Positions 1-11,849 of a stretch of DNA of 64,000 nt are shown piece after piece. The DNA is from Camelus dromedarius (taxonomy: Eukaryota). Both the position numbers and the translations under genes were made by a program. The notes below the pieces were generated by a model. The model worked only from the letters and a program-made list of their open reading frames with translations. It made no database searches and was not told the origin of the DNA. Every line of letters begins with the position of its first letter. Within the stretch, counting starts at the first letter, position 1. The DNA lies in contig NC_087450.1 of assembly GCF_036321535.1 (NCBI RefSeq), forward strand, positions 47,616,001 through 47,680,000, in the 5' to 3' direction.

Positions 1-459
1 ACCAACAGTTTTTCATTGTAAGTTTAAATAAGTTTGCTTCTTGTTAATAGATTTTATAAATATCAAATATTCATTAGGATAAAATAAAATGAGTGAGTGA
101 AGAAAGAATTAGTAAACTGGAAAATATATCCAAAGAAATTACCAAAGGAGATGGAAAATATGAAAGACATATTTTAAAAATTAAGATGTAAGATATTTGC
201 ATATGATACATGCAAAGACTAACACTTAGTACAAGGGCCCAGGTAAACCAGTCTTTCCCAAACACACTAGCCCCCCTGAGAGTGGAGCAACATGAGTCAT
301 AGAGAAGAATCCAGACAAGCGTCCAGAAAACGTTTTGCTTACTACATTAGTCATCTCCAGAACCTTCATGAGGGTAAAAATAAATACTGCAATTGGAACC
401 TACCATATGCCCATTATTAGCTCATTATAAAAAATGAGCTAGTATTTCAATATTCTCAA

Positions 460-646
460 ACAACAAGTTCATACTATACAGCACCGGGAACTATATAAAA
501 TATCTTGTAGTAACTTATGGTGAAAAAGAATATGAAAACAAATATATGTATGTTCATGTATGACTGAAGCATTAGGCTGTACACCAGAAATTGACACAAC
601 ATTGTAAACTGACTATACTTCAATAAAAATATATATACCAAAGAAA
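460..646 (+). mobile_element. 5'-truncated L1 3' end with 13-nt TSD
   Basis: Cetartiodactyl-type L1 terminus (…gactatacttcaataaaa) flanked by tcaatattctcaa at 447-459 and 647-659. Confidence 0.8.
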
Positions 647-1109
647 TCAATATTCTCAATATCATCATCTTCACATACATCCTGAGTTAATCTGTTATAA
701 ACAGACTCCTGGTTTGGGTGGACCCTTCCTCATCACCTGCGTTGTTAGGCTTATGATGTTCAAAGGCAATGAAAAAAAGTAGACAGCCCATTCTTTCAGA
801 ATTCTGCCCTAAGGTTTATTTCTCTTTTGTATACTACAGTGCCATTTGTGGTAATTTTTTTTAAAATAAGAAATAAAATTATTAGAGTTCCACTTCCACT
901 TAGAATGTAGAAAGTTTCAAATAATATTGCTCCCACCCTAATGACAAGAAAAGGTCAGATAATCTACAAAATCATAACTTTTATTGAGTCCATGAGACCT
1001 GAAGGCAAACAAGTAAATGGAATTCCAAAAAAGGAAAGTCCCTTCAAGGGGAGGCAGGACACAACCATTTCAGTCTTTGCTAGAGCATGGAAGAAAGGCT
1101 GCTTCCTTA

Positions 1110-2330
1110 CAAGCAGGAAAAAAGGAAAAAAAAAATTGATAACTTGGACTTCATTAAAACTTAAAACTTCCGCTCTGCGAAGAGCACTATTAAGAGAAAG
1201 AAAAAATAAACCACANNNNNNNNNNNNNNNNNNNNNNNNNNNNNNNNNNNNNNNNNNNNNNNNNNNNNNNNNNNNNNNNNNNNNNNNNNNNNNNNNNNNN
1301 NNNNNNNNNNNNNNNNNNNNNNNNNNNNNNNNNNNNNNNNNNNNNNNNNNNNNNNNNNNNNNNNNNNNNNNNNNNNNNNNNNNNNNNNNNNNNNNNNNNN
1401 NNNNGCTCAACATCTTATATCATTAGGGAAATGCAAATTAAAACAATAACGAGATACNNNNNNNNNNNNNNNNNNNNNNNNNNNNNNNNNNNNNNNNNNN
1501 NNNNNNNNNNNNNNNNNNNNNNNNNNNNNNNNNNNNNNNNNNNNNNNNNNNNNNNNNNNNNNNNNNNNNNNNNNNNNNNNNNNNNNNNNNNNNNNNNNNN
1601 NNNNNNNNNNNNNNNNNNNNNNNNNNNNNNNNCCAGCAAATGACACTCCTTATTATTTACCCAAATGAGTTGAAAACACATGTCTACTCAAAAACCTGCA
1701 CCTTTATTCATAATTGCCATAACTCGGAAGCAACCAAGATGCCTTTCAGTAGGTGAATGGATAAATTGTGGTACATCCATATGATGGAATATTATTCAGC
1801 AATTAAAAACAGAGCTATAAAGTGACAAAAAGACATGGGGAAAACAAATGAATATTACTAAGTGAAAGAAGATAGTATGGAAAATTACTGTATGCATAAT
1901 GAACTGTATGATTCTACCTATATATGACACTCTGGAAAAGACAAAACCAAAGGGATCGTAAAAAGATCAGTAGTGGCCAGGGGTTTATGGAGAGAGCAAT
2001 GAAGAGGTGAAACACGCAGGATTTTTAGGTCAGTCAAACTATTCTATATGACACTGTAATGGTAGATACACCACATTACGCATTTGTCAAAATCCATGTA
2101 ACTGTTCAAAAAGAGTGAACTCTAACATGAACTATAGACTTCAGTTAGCAATAATGTATCAATGTTGGTTCACCAATTGTAAAAAATGTACCACACTAAT
2201 GCTAGATGTTAATAGGGGAAATTAGATGAGGGGAGTAGGAAGGAAGATATATGAAAACTCTCTGTACTTTCTGCTTAAATTTTCTATAAACTGAAAACTG
2301 CTCTAAAAATTTAGGCCTATTAATTAAAAA
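1110..2330 (+). mobile_element. L1 (L1M-type) ORF2 end and 3'UTR remnant
   Basis: Typical L1 motifs ttcattaaaacttaaaacttc, cattagggaaatgcaaatt, atggaatattattcagcaat, plus an A-rich tail. Interrupted by two N-runs. Confidence 0.8.
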
Positions 2331-2344
2331 CAAAAGATAATCAG

Positions 2345-4900
2345 CTAAAAATTTAAGGAATCCTTAAAGGCCAAGTGTGGGCTAGCATGACACTTTGGAA
2401 TAGCTGGGGAGCCCTCATACAAGAAGTGTTTACACACATGTGCAAGCTCTTCTCCATGGGCTTGCACCAGGTGCTAACAAGAAAGATTGGGCACAGAGCA
2501 GAAAACCAGAGACAGCCCCCATTAGTGACAAGGATGTGCAGGAAGAGACTGACAGCTGTAGGCAGACAAGTGTAATGTCCTTCCCACTTCCCTGGACCCT
2601 TCCCCCCTACAAGCAAAAGCCTTAAGCTGCTGGGGTAAAGGGAGAAAACTCTTTCCTTCAGGAGGAAAAGCAAAGATCTAGCTTCTGAGAGAGGAGGAAA
2701 AGCAAAATCTATCTGTCTCTGGAGTAGGGATGGGAATCCTCCTAACCCCAGGACAGAGGTAAGGATACACTGTTACGAGGACAGGGATGTGAGTAAAAAC
2801 TCTCTGTTCCAGGGGGAGGTGCAAGGAACTGCCAAGCAGAGGTCTGCTACTATTGAAAGAGAGGCAGCAAACTACCATCCAAGCACAACCACCGTCACAA
2901 GACAGTGTTTGGCTGCCACAAGAAGAGAAAGAAACTCATAAGAAATCACTACTCTTGAAGCCTGAGAACACAGTGCTTGCCTAAAACTGAGGCTAGATAA
3001 AGAAAACAGAATGTTCCTCCACCCCGACTTCAAGCCTAGCAACAAGCAACTACAGTATACTTCTGGGGATGAATGGAGAGACCCTACCTCCTCCACCTCT
3101 GTGATGCAAACTTACAGGGATAGCCAAAAACTGAGGGGGACACAGGAACATTTGACAAAACCCCTCAGGTACCCCAGCCCCAATCCTAGCACAAGTAACA
3201 GCAGCCCACCACTAGAGGTATTTGAAGCCTGTGGTGCATTGAAGGTAACAATGGCAATAATAATACCTAAACCCGGCTCAACATCTGACTAGATAAGCCA
3301 GATTCTCTACACTAATGTTTGACATAGAAGAAATATATACATTTTTGGACACAAATATTCAGTCTATACTGTTCTACCTTTAATGCCTGGCATTCAATCA
3401 AAAATTACAAGAAATGCCCCCAAAAACCAAAACAAAATAACCTCAAATACCTGGCATTCAATCAATAATTACAAGGGATAAAAAAAAGACAAAATAACTG
3501 TCAAGAGATAATGCAATAAACAGAACCAGATTCAGAATAACCCCTAATGCTGGAACTCTAAAATAGAGAATTTAAAATAACTATGATTAGTATGTTAAAG
3601 AATCCAGTGGAAAGATGAACAATATGTATGAAGAGATGGAGAATTTTAGAAAAAAGTTAAAACTATGGGGAAAAAATCAAATGGAAATACTAGTAATAAA
3701 AATCATATCAGACACAGAGAATTCTTTTAATGGGCTCTTTGGTATATAAGACAGAACCGAGGAAACACTCATTTAATGGTGATCAACAGATAGGACTCAG
3801 CTGAAGAAAGACTCAGTGAACTTAAAAATAGGTCAATAGAAATTGTCCAACTGAAATATTAGTTAAAAAAAAAAAAGAGTATCTAAGAGCTAAAGAGCTA
3901 TTGGACAGTATCAAATCATCTAACATACATATAATTGGAGTCTCAGAAGTTTAAAAAAACAAAACAAGAATGGAACTAAAAATAAATCTACCATATGACT
4001 CAGCATTTCCACTCCTGGGTATATATCTGAAAAAAAATTAAAGCACTAATTCAAAAAGATACATGCACCCCAATGTTCACAGCAGCATTATTTACAATAG
4101 CCAAGATATGAAAGTAACTTGTGTCCATCAACAGATGAATAAAGAAGATGTGTTTTATACATATATGCACGTGTGTGTGTGCACACACAGAAATTCTACT
4201 CATCCATAAAAAAAGAATGAAATTTTGCCATTTGCAACAACATAGATGGACTTTGAGGGTATTATGCTAAGTCAGAGAAAGATAAATACTGTATGATATC
4301 ACTTATATGTGGAATCTAAAAATAAAACAAACTAGTGAATATAACAAAAAAGAAACAGACTTACAAATATAGAGAATAGATTAGTCATTACCAGTGGAGA
4401 GAGAGCAGGGAGAAGGGTAAGTTAGAGGTAGGAGGTTAAGAGGTACAAACTACTATGTATAAAATAAATACACTACAAGGATATATTGTACAGCATAGGG
4501 AATATAGCCAATATTTTACAATAACTATAAATGGAGTATAACCTTTAAAAACTGTGTATCACTATGGTATACACCTGAAACCTATATAAAATTGTACATT
4601 AACTATACTTCAATTAAAAAAAAAAAAAACAGGAGAAATAGGGCATAAGAAATACTTGAAGTGACAATGGCCTAGAATTTCCCCCCCAATAATGAAAGAC
4701 ATCAAACCACAGTCAAAGAATTTCAGAGAACACTAAGCAGGATAAACAGAAAGGGGGAAAAAACACCCAGGCACATCACACTCCAGCTAATGAAAACCAA
4801 AGACAAGTAATATCTTGAAAGTACCCAAGAAAAAAGAAACATCACACATAGAGGAATGAAGACAAGAATTACAGATTTCTCACTGAAAAATGAAATTAAA
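2345..4900 (+). mobile_element. Old L1 5'/ORF1 remnants with a younger L1 3' end (about 3975-4628) nested inside
   Basis: ORF1-like purine-rich text (aattggagtctcagaag ... aaatacttgaag ... cagagaacactaagcagg) is broken by an L1 3'UTR ending in caattaaaaaaaa. Confidence 0.65.
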
Positions 4901-4917
4901 AAATAAAAAAAAGTCGT

Positions 4918-5051
4918 GGGAGGAGAGTATAGCTCAGTGGTAGAGTGCATGCTTAGCATGCACAAGGTCCTGGGTTCAATCCCCAGTATCTCCATCAAAA
5001 GTAAATAAGTAAATCTAATTACCTCCCCCCACAAAAAGATCAAAAAAAAAA
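4918..5051 (+). mobile_element. tRNA-Ala(AGC)-derived SINE (camelid vic-1 type)
   Basis: A box tagctcagtgg, anticodon arm gcttagcatgc, B box ggttcaatcc, then an AT-rich/ctaattacctcccccc tail and an A tail. Confidence 0.85.
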
Positions 5052-5140
5052 TCGTTATTATGAGAAAATTTATATCACTATCTCAAGAAAAAGTTTTCAA
5101 ATTCCAAGAGGTTCCATGACTTCTATTATATTAACCATTA

Positions 5141-5317
<177 letters not shown>

Positions 5318-5387
5318 CTAAATTAGCACCCTTAAATGCAACTCTCATTGCTCTTGGGTTATGAAATCACATGACAATTAGGAACTA

Positions 5388-5480
<93 letters not shown>

Positions 5481-5699
5481 CTACAAGAAAAGCACTTCTT
5501 TGAGGACTGGGTTGCAGGTCTTTTCCAGGCTATTTTAAGCATCCATGTATGGCTGTTATGCCAGAATCAAGATTACAGTATCTACAAACTAAGGGCAGTC
5601 TAATCATTACATATATTTAACACATTACAAAGAGTTGGGGACACTCCAATACATATCTTAGCAAGGCCCTCCAGCCAAAGCAGCATGGTTAGCGCTTAT

Positions 5700-6670
5700 A
5701 TTAAAAGGTCTTTTCAGATTATTGTGGATATTCTTTTTAGATACTATACTCAAACTATGCCCAAACACAACAAGCAATAGTTTCTTAAAGGTTAGTTATG
5801 ATGTGGAATCTGAAACCACATCAATGAGTTATTCAAACTCTGCTACATTAAAATCCATTGGTCTGTCTTGAACATTGAATCGATCTTTTAACCATATTAT
5901 GATTTGGTTGTTTACAAAAAATTAGATCACTGAGTTATGTGAGGTCTTGCAAATGTTAATACATTTCATTATACCAAAATCACATTCATTAACATCTTGC
6001 CAATCTCATCAGTAAAGTCTTTGGGAACTGAAACACTCAGTATGGAATGACTTTTCAAAAATTCAGATTTCTTCTTGAAAGCTCACATTTTATCATTGGC
6101 AACAAATATTGTAAGCTGTTTTTCTTGAAATGACAGACTCACTTCATTAACTTTCCAGAAACTGTCCGCCAAACACCCAAGACTTAATAACTATAGTCTG
6201 TAAGTCATTCCTTCAAGTAAAAATGATGTTCCAAGAAAAAAAAATCAGCAGTTCAGCTCATAATTCAAACAACCATACTGTATTTCAATATGCAGAGGTA
6301 CTCTTTGAATGTTTTCCATTTCATCACAGAATACTAAAAGTGAAGTGGATGTGTAGCGGAGTTTGGGTATTTTGAGCACTAGCTGTCCCAGACTCCTTGC
6401 AGGGCATCCTGCAATAAACGCCGCACTTTCTTTCACCAAAAAAAGGAAAGAAAAAAAAAAGATATGTGCTAAAGGAGCAGCACTTAATAAAATTAATCAT
6501 TTTTACTATTTGATCAAGGACATTCTCAAGTGAAATTAAATTCTTTTCCTCTGACTGCATGAGAGTGAAAAATATGACTACCAGTACAATCAGGTGACAC
6601 TGATTTAACTTGTTCTAAGACACTAGCAGTTTTACTCACCATTGCTTTCGCACCATCAGTGCAAATTTAT
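5700..6670 (-). mobile_element. Charlie1-type hAT DNA transposon fossil (transposase remnant)
   Basis: Minus strand reads LSFQEKQLTIFVANDKM*AFKKKSEF*K near 6140-6060, matching the recalled Charlie1a consensus. Contains stop codons. Confidence 0.8.
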
Positions 6671-6721
6671 ACAACTTCAAAGTGCAGAGCTTAACCTTAA
6701 AAGGTCACCTATCAGCTTCAT

Positions 6722-6890
6722 TTAGAGAAGCAGCATGGTGAAAGATCAGAACGGAATTTGGGTATCAAAAAGATGTGGTTTCAAATCCCAATTCTGACCC
6801 TACCTAGCTATGTTACTAGCTAGTACATCTGAGGCTCTAATTCTAAACTCTCAGTTTAACTCTCAGCTATAAAAATAGGGACAATAGCTC
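6722..6890 (+). mobile_element. MIR SINE remnant
   Basis: gtttcaaatcccaattctgacc...ctcagttt...taaaaataggg core. Confidence 0.6.
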
Positions 6891-7014
6891 ATACACATAA
6901 ACCAACTGGAGGAAAAAATTTTAAAGCCGTACTTTGCAACTGCCAGCAGTTTAAAATGTCTATGACCAAAAGTAAGTTTTTTGTTTTATTTATCCACTAC
7001 TTATTTGAAGTTAT

Positions 7015-7160
7015 GGCAGCAGTTCTCAAATTGAGGTATGTAGCTCTTTGAGAGTCCTAAAACTCTTTTAGGAGGTCCATTAGGCCAAATCTTCATAATA
7101 GTGCCAGATACCATATGCCATTTTCATTGCGTTGACATTTGCACTATTAGCAAAAGTGTC
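7015..7160 (+). mobile_element. Charlie1-type 5' terminal fragment
   Basis: Starts cagcagttctcaaa (TIR-like) and runs to gttgacatttgcact…gcaaaag. Confidence 0.65.
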
Positions 7161-7383
7161 AGATTCTCTGGTGGGGTTGCAAATTAATACAACTATTTTG
7201 GAGGACAATTTGGTGATATGACTCAAATTCATGCATAACCTTTAACCCAGCAATTCTACATAAGGAAAAAATTAAGAAATACATAGTTACAGGAATGTTC
7301 ATCATAATGTCATTTATAACAGCAATAGGTCAAAAACAATCAAGACATTCAAAATAGAGAAATTTCTTTTAAAGATGGTATAG

Positions 7384-7441
7384 ACTGGAATTTGACACAA
7401 TATTGTAAAACGATTATAAATCAATAAAAAATGTTTAAAAA
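7384..7441 (+). mobile_element. 58-nt extreme 3' terminus of L1 with 13-nt TSD
   Basis: aaagatggtatag at 7371-7383 and 7442-7454 flanks actggaatttgacacaatattgtaaaac...caataaaaaatg. Confidence 0.8.
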
Positions 7442-8199
7442 AAAGATGGTATAGTAAGAAACTACATATGGTTAGAAACACATCTACACTTTGCTGTTTA
7501 CAGCTATGTGACCTTGGACAAGTAACTTATTGGTGCCTCACTTGCCTTATCTGTAAATTAGCAAAGAATGTAAAATAAAATGAAAAAAAAAAATTCCTAA
7601 CATTTGGTTAAGCCCTCAGTGCAAGTTAACTGTTACTAATAACAGAAAACCATGCATTGGTTAGAACTGTATATTTACTTTTGTTGACAAAGAAAGAAGC
7701 AAATCATAAACTATTAAGGGAAAAAAAGGAGATTTTAAAACTGAATGTGTAGTATGATCTCATTCTTACAAAAGAAAAATGTGTATATATATCTACATAT
7801 AGAAACAAGTTTTGAAGGATACACAGAAATCTGAGTTCATTCTAGGTAATGGAATTATGAGTCATCTTATTCTTTATTTAAAAACTGATTTTTCTCATTT
7901 ATACGTCATAAAAATGAAATTTTTAAACATTACCTATTACCCAATTATTATGCAATGTTTTTAAATGTTATAGAGATTTCAGGTTTAATTTACTTCAGAC
8001 TTTGGCTTTTTTTGTTCGTTTCTAAGATATGGAGATGGGACGTGATTCTTAAGACATTATTGCATTCTTAGGGAATCACTAAAGGACACACACACACACG
8101 TGCATATATATGTTAAGCAATGCAAACTCATAAATATTTTAATCTACACTAAAGTGACAGCTCAAAAAAACCAACCACATAATACCAAAGTTAAAATTA

Positions 8200-8289
<90 letters not shown>

Positions 8290-8888
8290 CTATAGGAAGG
8301 AAATAAAACCACACATAAGATCAGGAGGTGAATAATTAATTTTGAGCATACCAGGTCTCAAAAGTAATCAAATATACAGTTCCACTCTTATGCTTTGAAA
8401 TGGCATCAATGACAAATGCAAAAGGGAAAGGATGACCAAACTGGAAATTAAATTTAATGTATTTAAGCAATAAATATTATAGTGATAGACGGAATCTGCT
8501 AAAAATTTGCAAGATTTTCATAAAGAATGTTGGAACACTAAAAGATTTGGGGATTTGTTTTTAGATGCTTACTAGTTAAGCACCTCAGATCTGTTAAAAA
8601 TGCCAGGAGAACAGAAATATTTTATAGCTTTGCAAATGATCAAGTTCCAGAATTTAAAAATATATATATCTTGAACTCAGAATCCAATTTTTAAAACTGG
8701 CATATAAAATTAATAATTACATGGGAAAAAAAAAGAAAAAATGAGATTCTAATGTACATGTTTAAACCTAGCCCTACCCTCCCCCTCCACCCTTTCCGCA
8801 TGCTCTGGATTCAAGAACAGTATCTGCTATAATAGAGGACAGATCACATGTACACAGAGTTGGGAAGGGCAGGCTGTTAGAATGATTA

Positions 8889-9146
<258 letters not shown>

Positions 9147-9374
9147 CTAGTAGGCAGTGACAGGAAAGACAAATATATTATCCTAAAGCTTTCTTGTTCC
9201 AAAATTCAAACTTCATTTATATTCCTAAGAATAACCACAAAAATCATTCATTAATTAAATCATTGATTTGGCTTCTACTTTGTTACTCACACTATACTGG
9301 AAACCAAGAATACATGAATAAATTAGATAATATGCCCGTTCCCCCTGAGAGACAGACTACAAAACAATGGGAAG

Positions 9375-9915
9375 AGGAACAATATAGCAAGATATATGTG
9401 GGGCTCAAACAGATACTTATATACCAGTGTTCACTGCAGTATTATTCACAATAGCCAAGAGGTGGAAACAACTCCAGTGTCCATCAGCAGATGAATATAT
9501 AAACAAACTGTGGTAAATACATACAATAGAATATTATACAGCCAAAAAAAGGAGNNNNNNNNNNNNNNNNNNNNNNNNNNNNNNNNNNNNNNNNNNNNNN
9601 NNNNNNNNNNNNNNNNNNNNNNNNNNNNNNNNNNNNNNNNNNNNNNNNNNNNNNNNNNNNNNNNNNNNNNNNNNNNNNNNNNNNNNNNNNNNNNNNNNNN
9701 NNNNNNNNNNNNNNNNNNNNNNNNNNNNNNNNNNNNNNNNNNNNNNNNNNNNNNNAAAGTTTTTCTTGGGGTGATGAAAATATTTTGGAAATAGATAGTG
9801 ATGCTGGTTGCACAACACATGAATGTAATTAATGTCACTGAATCGTACACTCAAAAATGGTTAAACATAGCAAATTTTATGTATTTTACCACATTAGAAA
9901 AATAATTAAATTTTA
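9375..9915 (+). mobile_element. L1MB-like 3' end
   Basis: cacaatagccaagaggtggaaacaactccagtgtccatc ... gatgaaaatattttggaaatagatagtg ... ttttaccaca. Confidence 0.8.
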
Positions 9916-10785
9916 CAAAAAGATTCCCAAAGTAGTAGACAATTTGGATGGGCCTTAAAAAACAGAGTTATATAGGAAAAAAGGAAGGACAGAGAATGAG
10001 GAAGAAGAATATCCTATGGGAACAAAGAAAAGAGACAAGAGTGAAGAGGCAGAACTGTGGCACAACTTGGTATAAATGATAAGTAGCCTGCAAAGAAAAT
10101 GCCTGAATTAGGTTATAAACTAAATCATTCTCACCAGAACTTCTCATTCACCTTTCATCTAGCAAATAAAATCATGTGATTACTAGTAGGAACAACATGA
10201 AATTTAAAATAAAAAAAAATAATAATAATAAAAACCCTGAGTCTTCTCTAGGCCATATTCCTAACTTCAGCTCATAGCACATTTCAACTATTGTCAATGA
10301 GTAGCTCCTTTCCTTTTTAAACAACTCTAAAGAAAATTCTTAAAAACAAAAATAGGTTACCCACTCCAGTGTTTAGTACACTTCACATGGACAATTGTCT
10401 TGTCTTACAATTCAACCTATCCTGCTACAGTTAAAGCCTTGTTCTTACCTATGAACACCTGAGTAATAATTGGTGTGTTCCAGTAACAACTCTTAAAGCT
10501 CTTAAGAATACACAGTGACTGCACAGAAGCCCCACTAAAATGAAGGAACAAGTTGAGCAGGAGGAAACTCTTACAAGGTATCTATGAAAGAATCCCCACA
10601 AAGTATAGGAAAAGAGGAAGCAAATTAAAGCAATCTCAGAGATCTTTTGAGGTTAATCCTAAAGACTAATGAATGTTTTAATTCTGTTTTCTGTATTTTA
10701 TAAAATTTTTATGACAATGCACTATATCTAAAATGGAAAAACAAAGTTTAATTTTTAATTGAGACATTCTGTAGCCAATTCCTAC

Positions 10786-10854
10786 CTTAATTACATAATT
10801 TTCTCTATATAATATTGATTGAATAGCGGCATCAATATCTTCTTTAGCTAATGC
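10786..10854 (-). CDS. FAM228B: FAM228B coding exon 2 (ALAKEDIDAAIQSILYRENYVIK)
   Basis: ttttag|GCA ... AAG|gtagg, 69 nt, phase 0/0. Confidence 0.9.
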
Positions 10855-11849
10855 CTAAAATGACAGAATGAAAAATTGAAAATTAAGTATTAAAAAATTA
10901 AATTATTAATAGTACTTAGACTCATAATATTTTATGTGACATATCCCTGGAAAGTTCTCTGTAAATTCAATTTTTCTACCTCAAATCATATCATCAAGTA
11001 CTTTTTAAAGAGTATTTGAATCTTTCTGCCCTCACAGTCCATTCTAAGGCAAAAAAAATAACTCAGATCACAGACATTTTGAATCCTAACATGGTCAAGT
11101 GACTTGCCCATAGTCACCTGGTAAGTAAAACCCATCTTTTTTCACATCCTATAATGTGATACAATCAGGCCTCTATTTGAATTCATTTAATCATTAGTGA
11201 ATCCTATTTGAATTCATTTAGTCATTACAGCTATCAAGTATCAATAATAACTATTGTTATAAACAAGTCACATTTTCAATATTTTAAAGCAACACAGTCT
11301 TCAGGAAATAGTTCACGGTATTAAATTTTTCCATTTTCATAACAAAACTTCCAGTTAAACATCTGCCAGAAAATATAACAGGTTGATTTCTACCACACAT
11401 ATGAATACAATTAACATCATCGAATTATACACTTAAAAAAGGATTTTATGCTATATATTTTTTTCCACAATGGAAAAAATGATTAATAGTAAGACCCCCT
11501 AAGTGGGAGGCACTTGGGATAGGCTTTTGAAATACTCTGATAATTACACAAAAATAAAATAGTCTCAAATTAATTGTCAGTGGAATTAGTTGTCTTCAGT
11601 TCTACTACTCTTGTTTTCTAGAACAGATCAGTAAAATCTCAAAAATCTAAGAATTAACCTTCCGCATTAACACACAAAGAAATTACGGCTCAAGGGAATT
11701 AAGAAATAACAGAAGCCTCAAAAATCCTGCAGTCTGGAATTCAATTAAACGTGTCTAACTTCAAAATCATTTTCTTCATTTTTTTTCTGCCTCACTGAAT
11801 TGCTATTCCTAGCAAATTTATTGTTCTCAAAACCAAGATGGATACTGAA

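Noticed and set aside
416-442. Inverted repeat agctcatt…aatgagct
   Set aside because: An 8-bp stem in AT-rich DNA is expected by chance in 64 kb.
620-691. Possible next FAM228B exon on the minus strand (ttataacag|A TTA ACT CAG…, phase-compatible, RLTQDVCEDDD…)
   Set aside because: Weak pyrimidine tract, no similarity to the FAM228B continuation I recall, and it runs into an L1 insertion and a stop codon.
4918-4995. Apparent tRNA-Ala(AGC) genes (also at 12531, 30940 and 53240)
   Set aside because: Each continues into the same SINE tail and A-tract, several have TSDs, and stems carry mismatches; these are SINEs, not tRNA genes.
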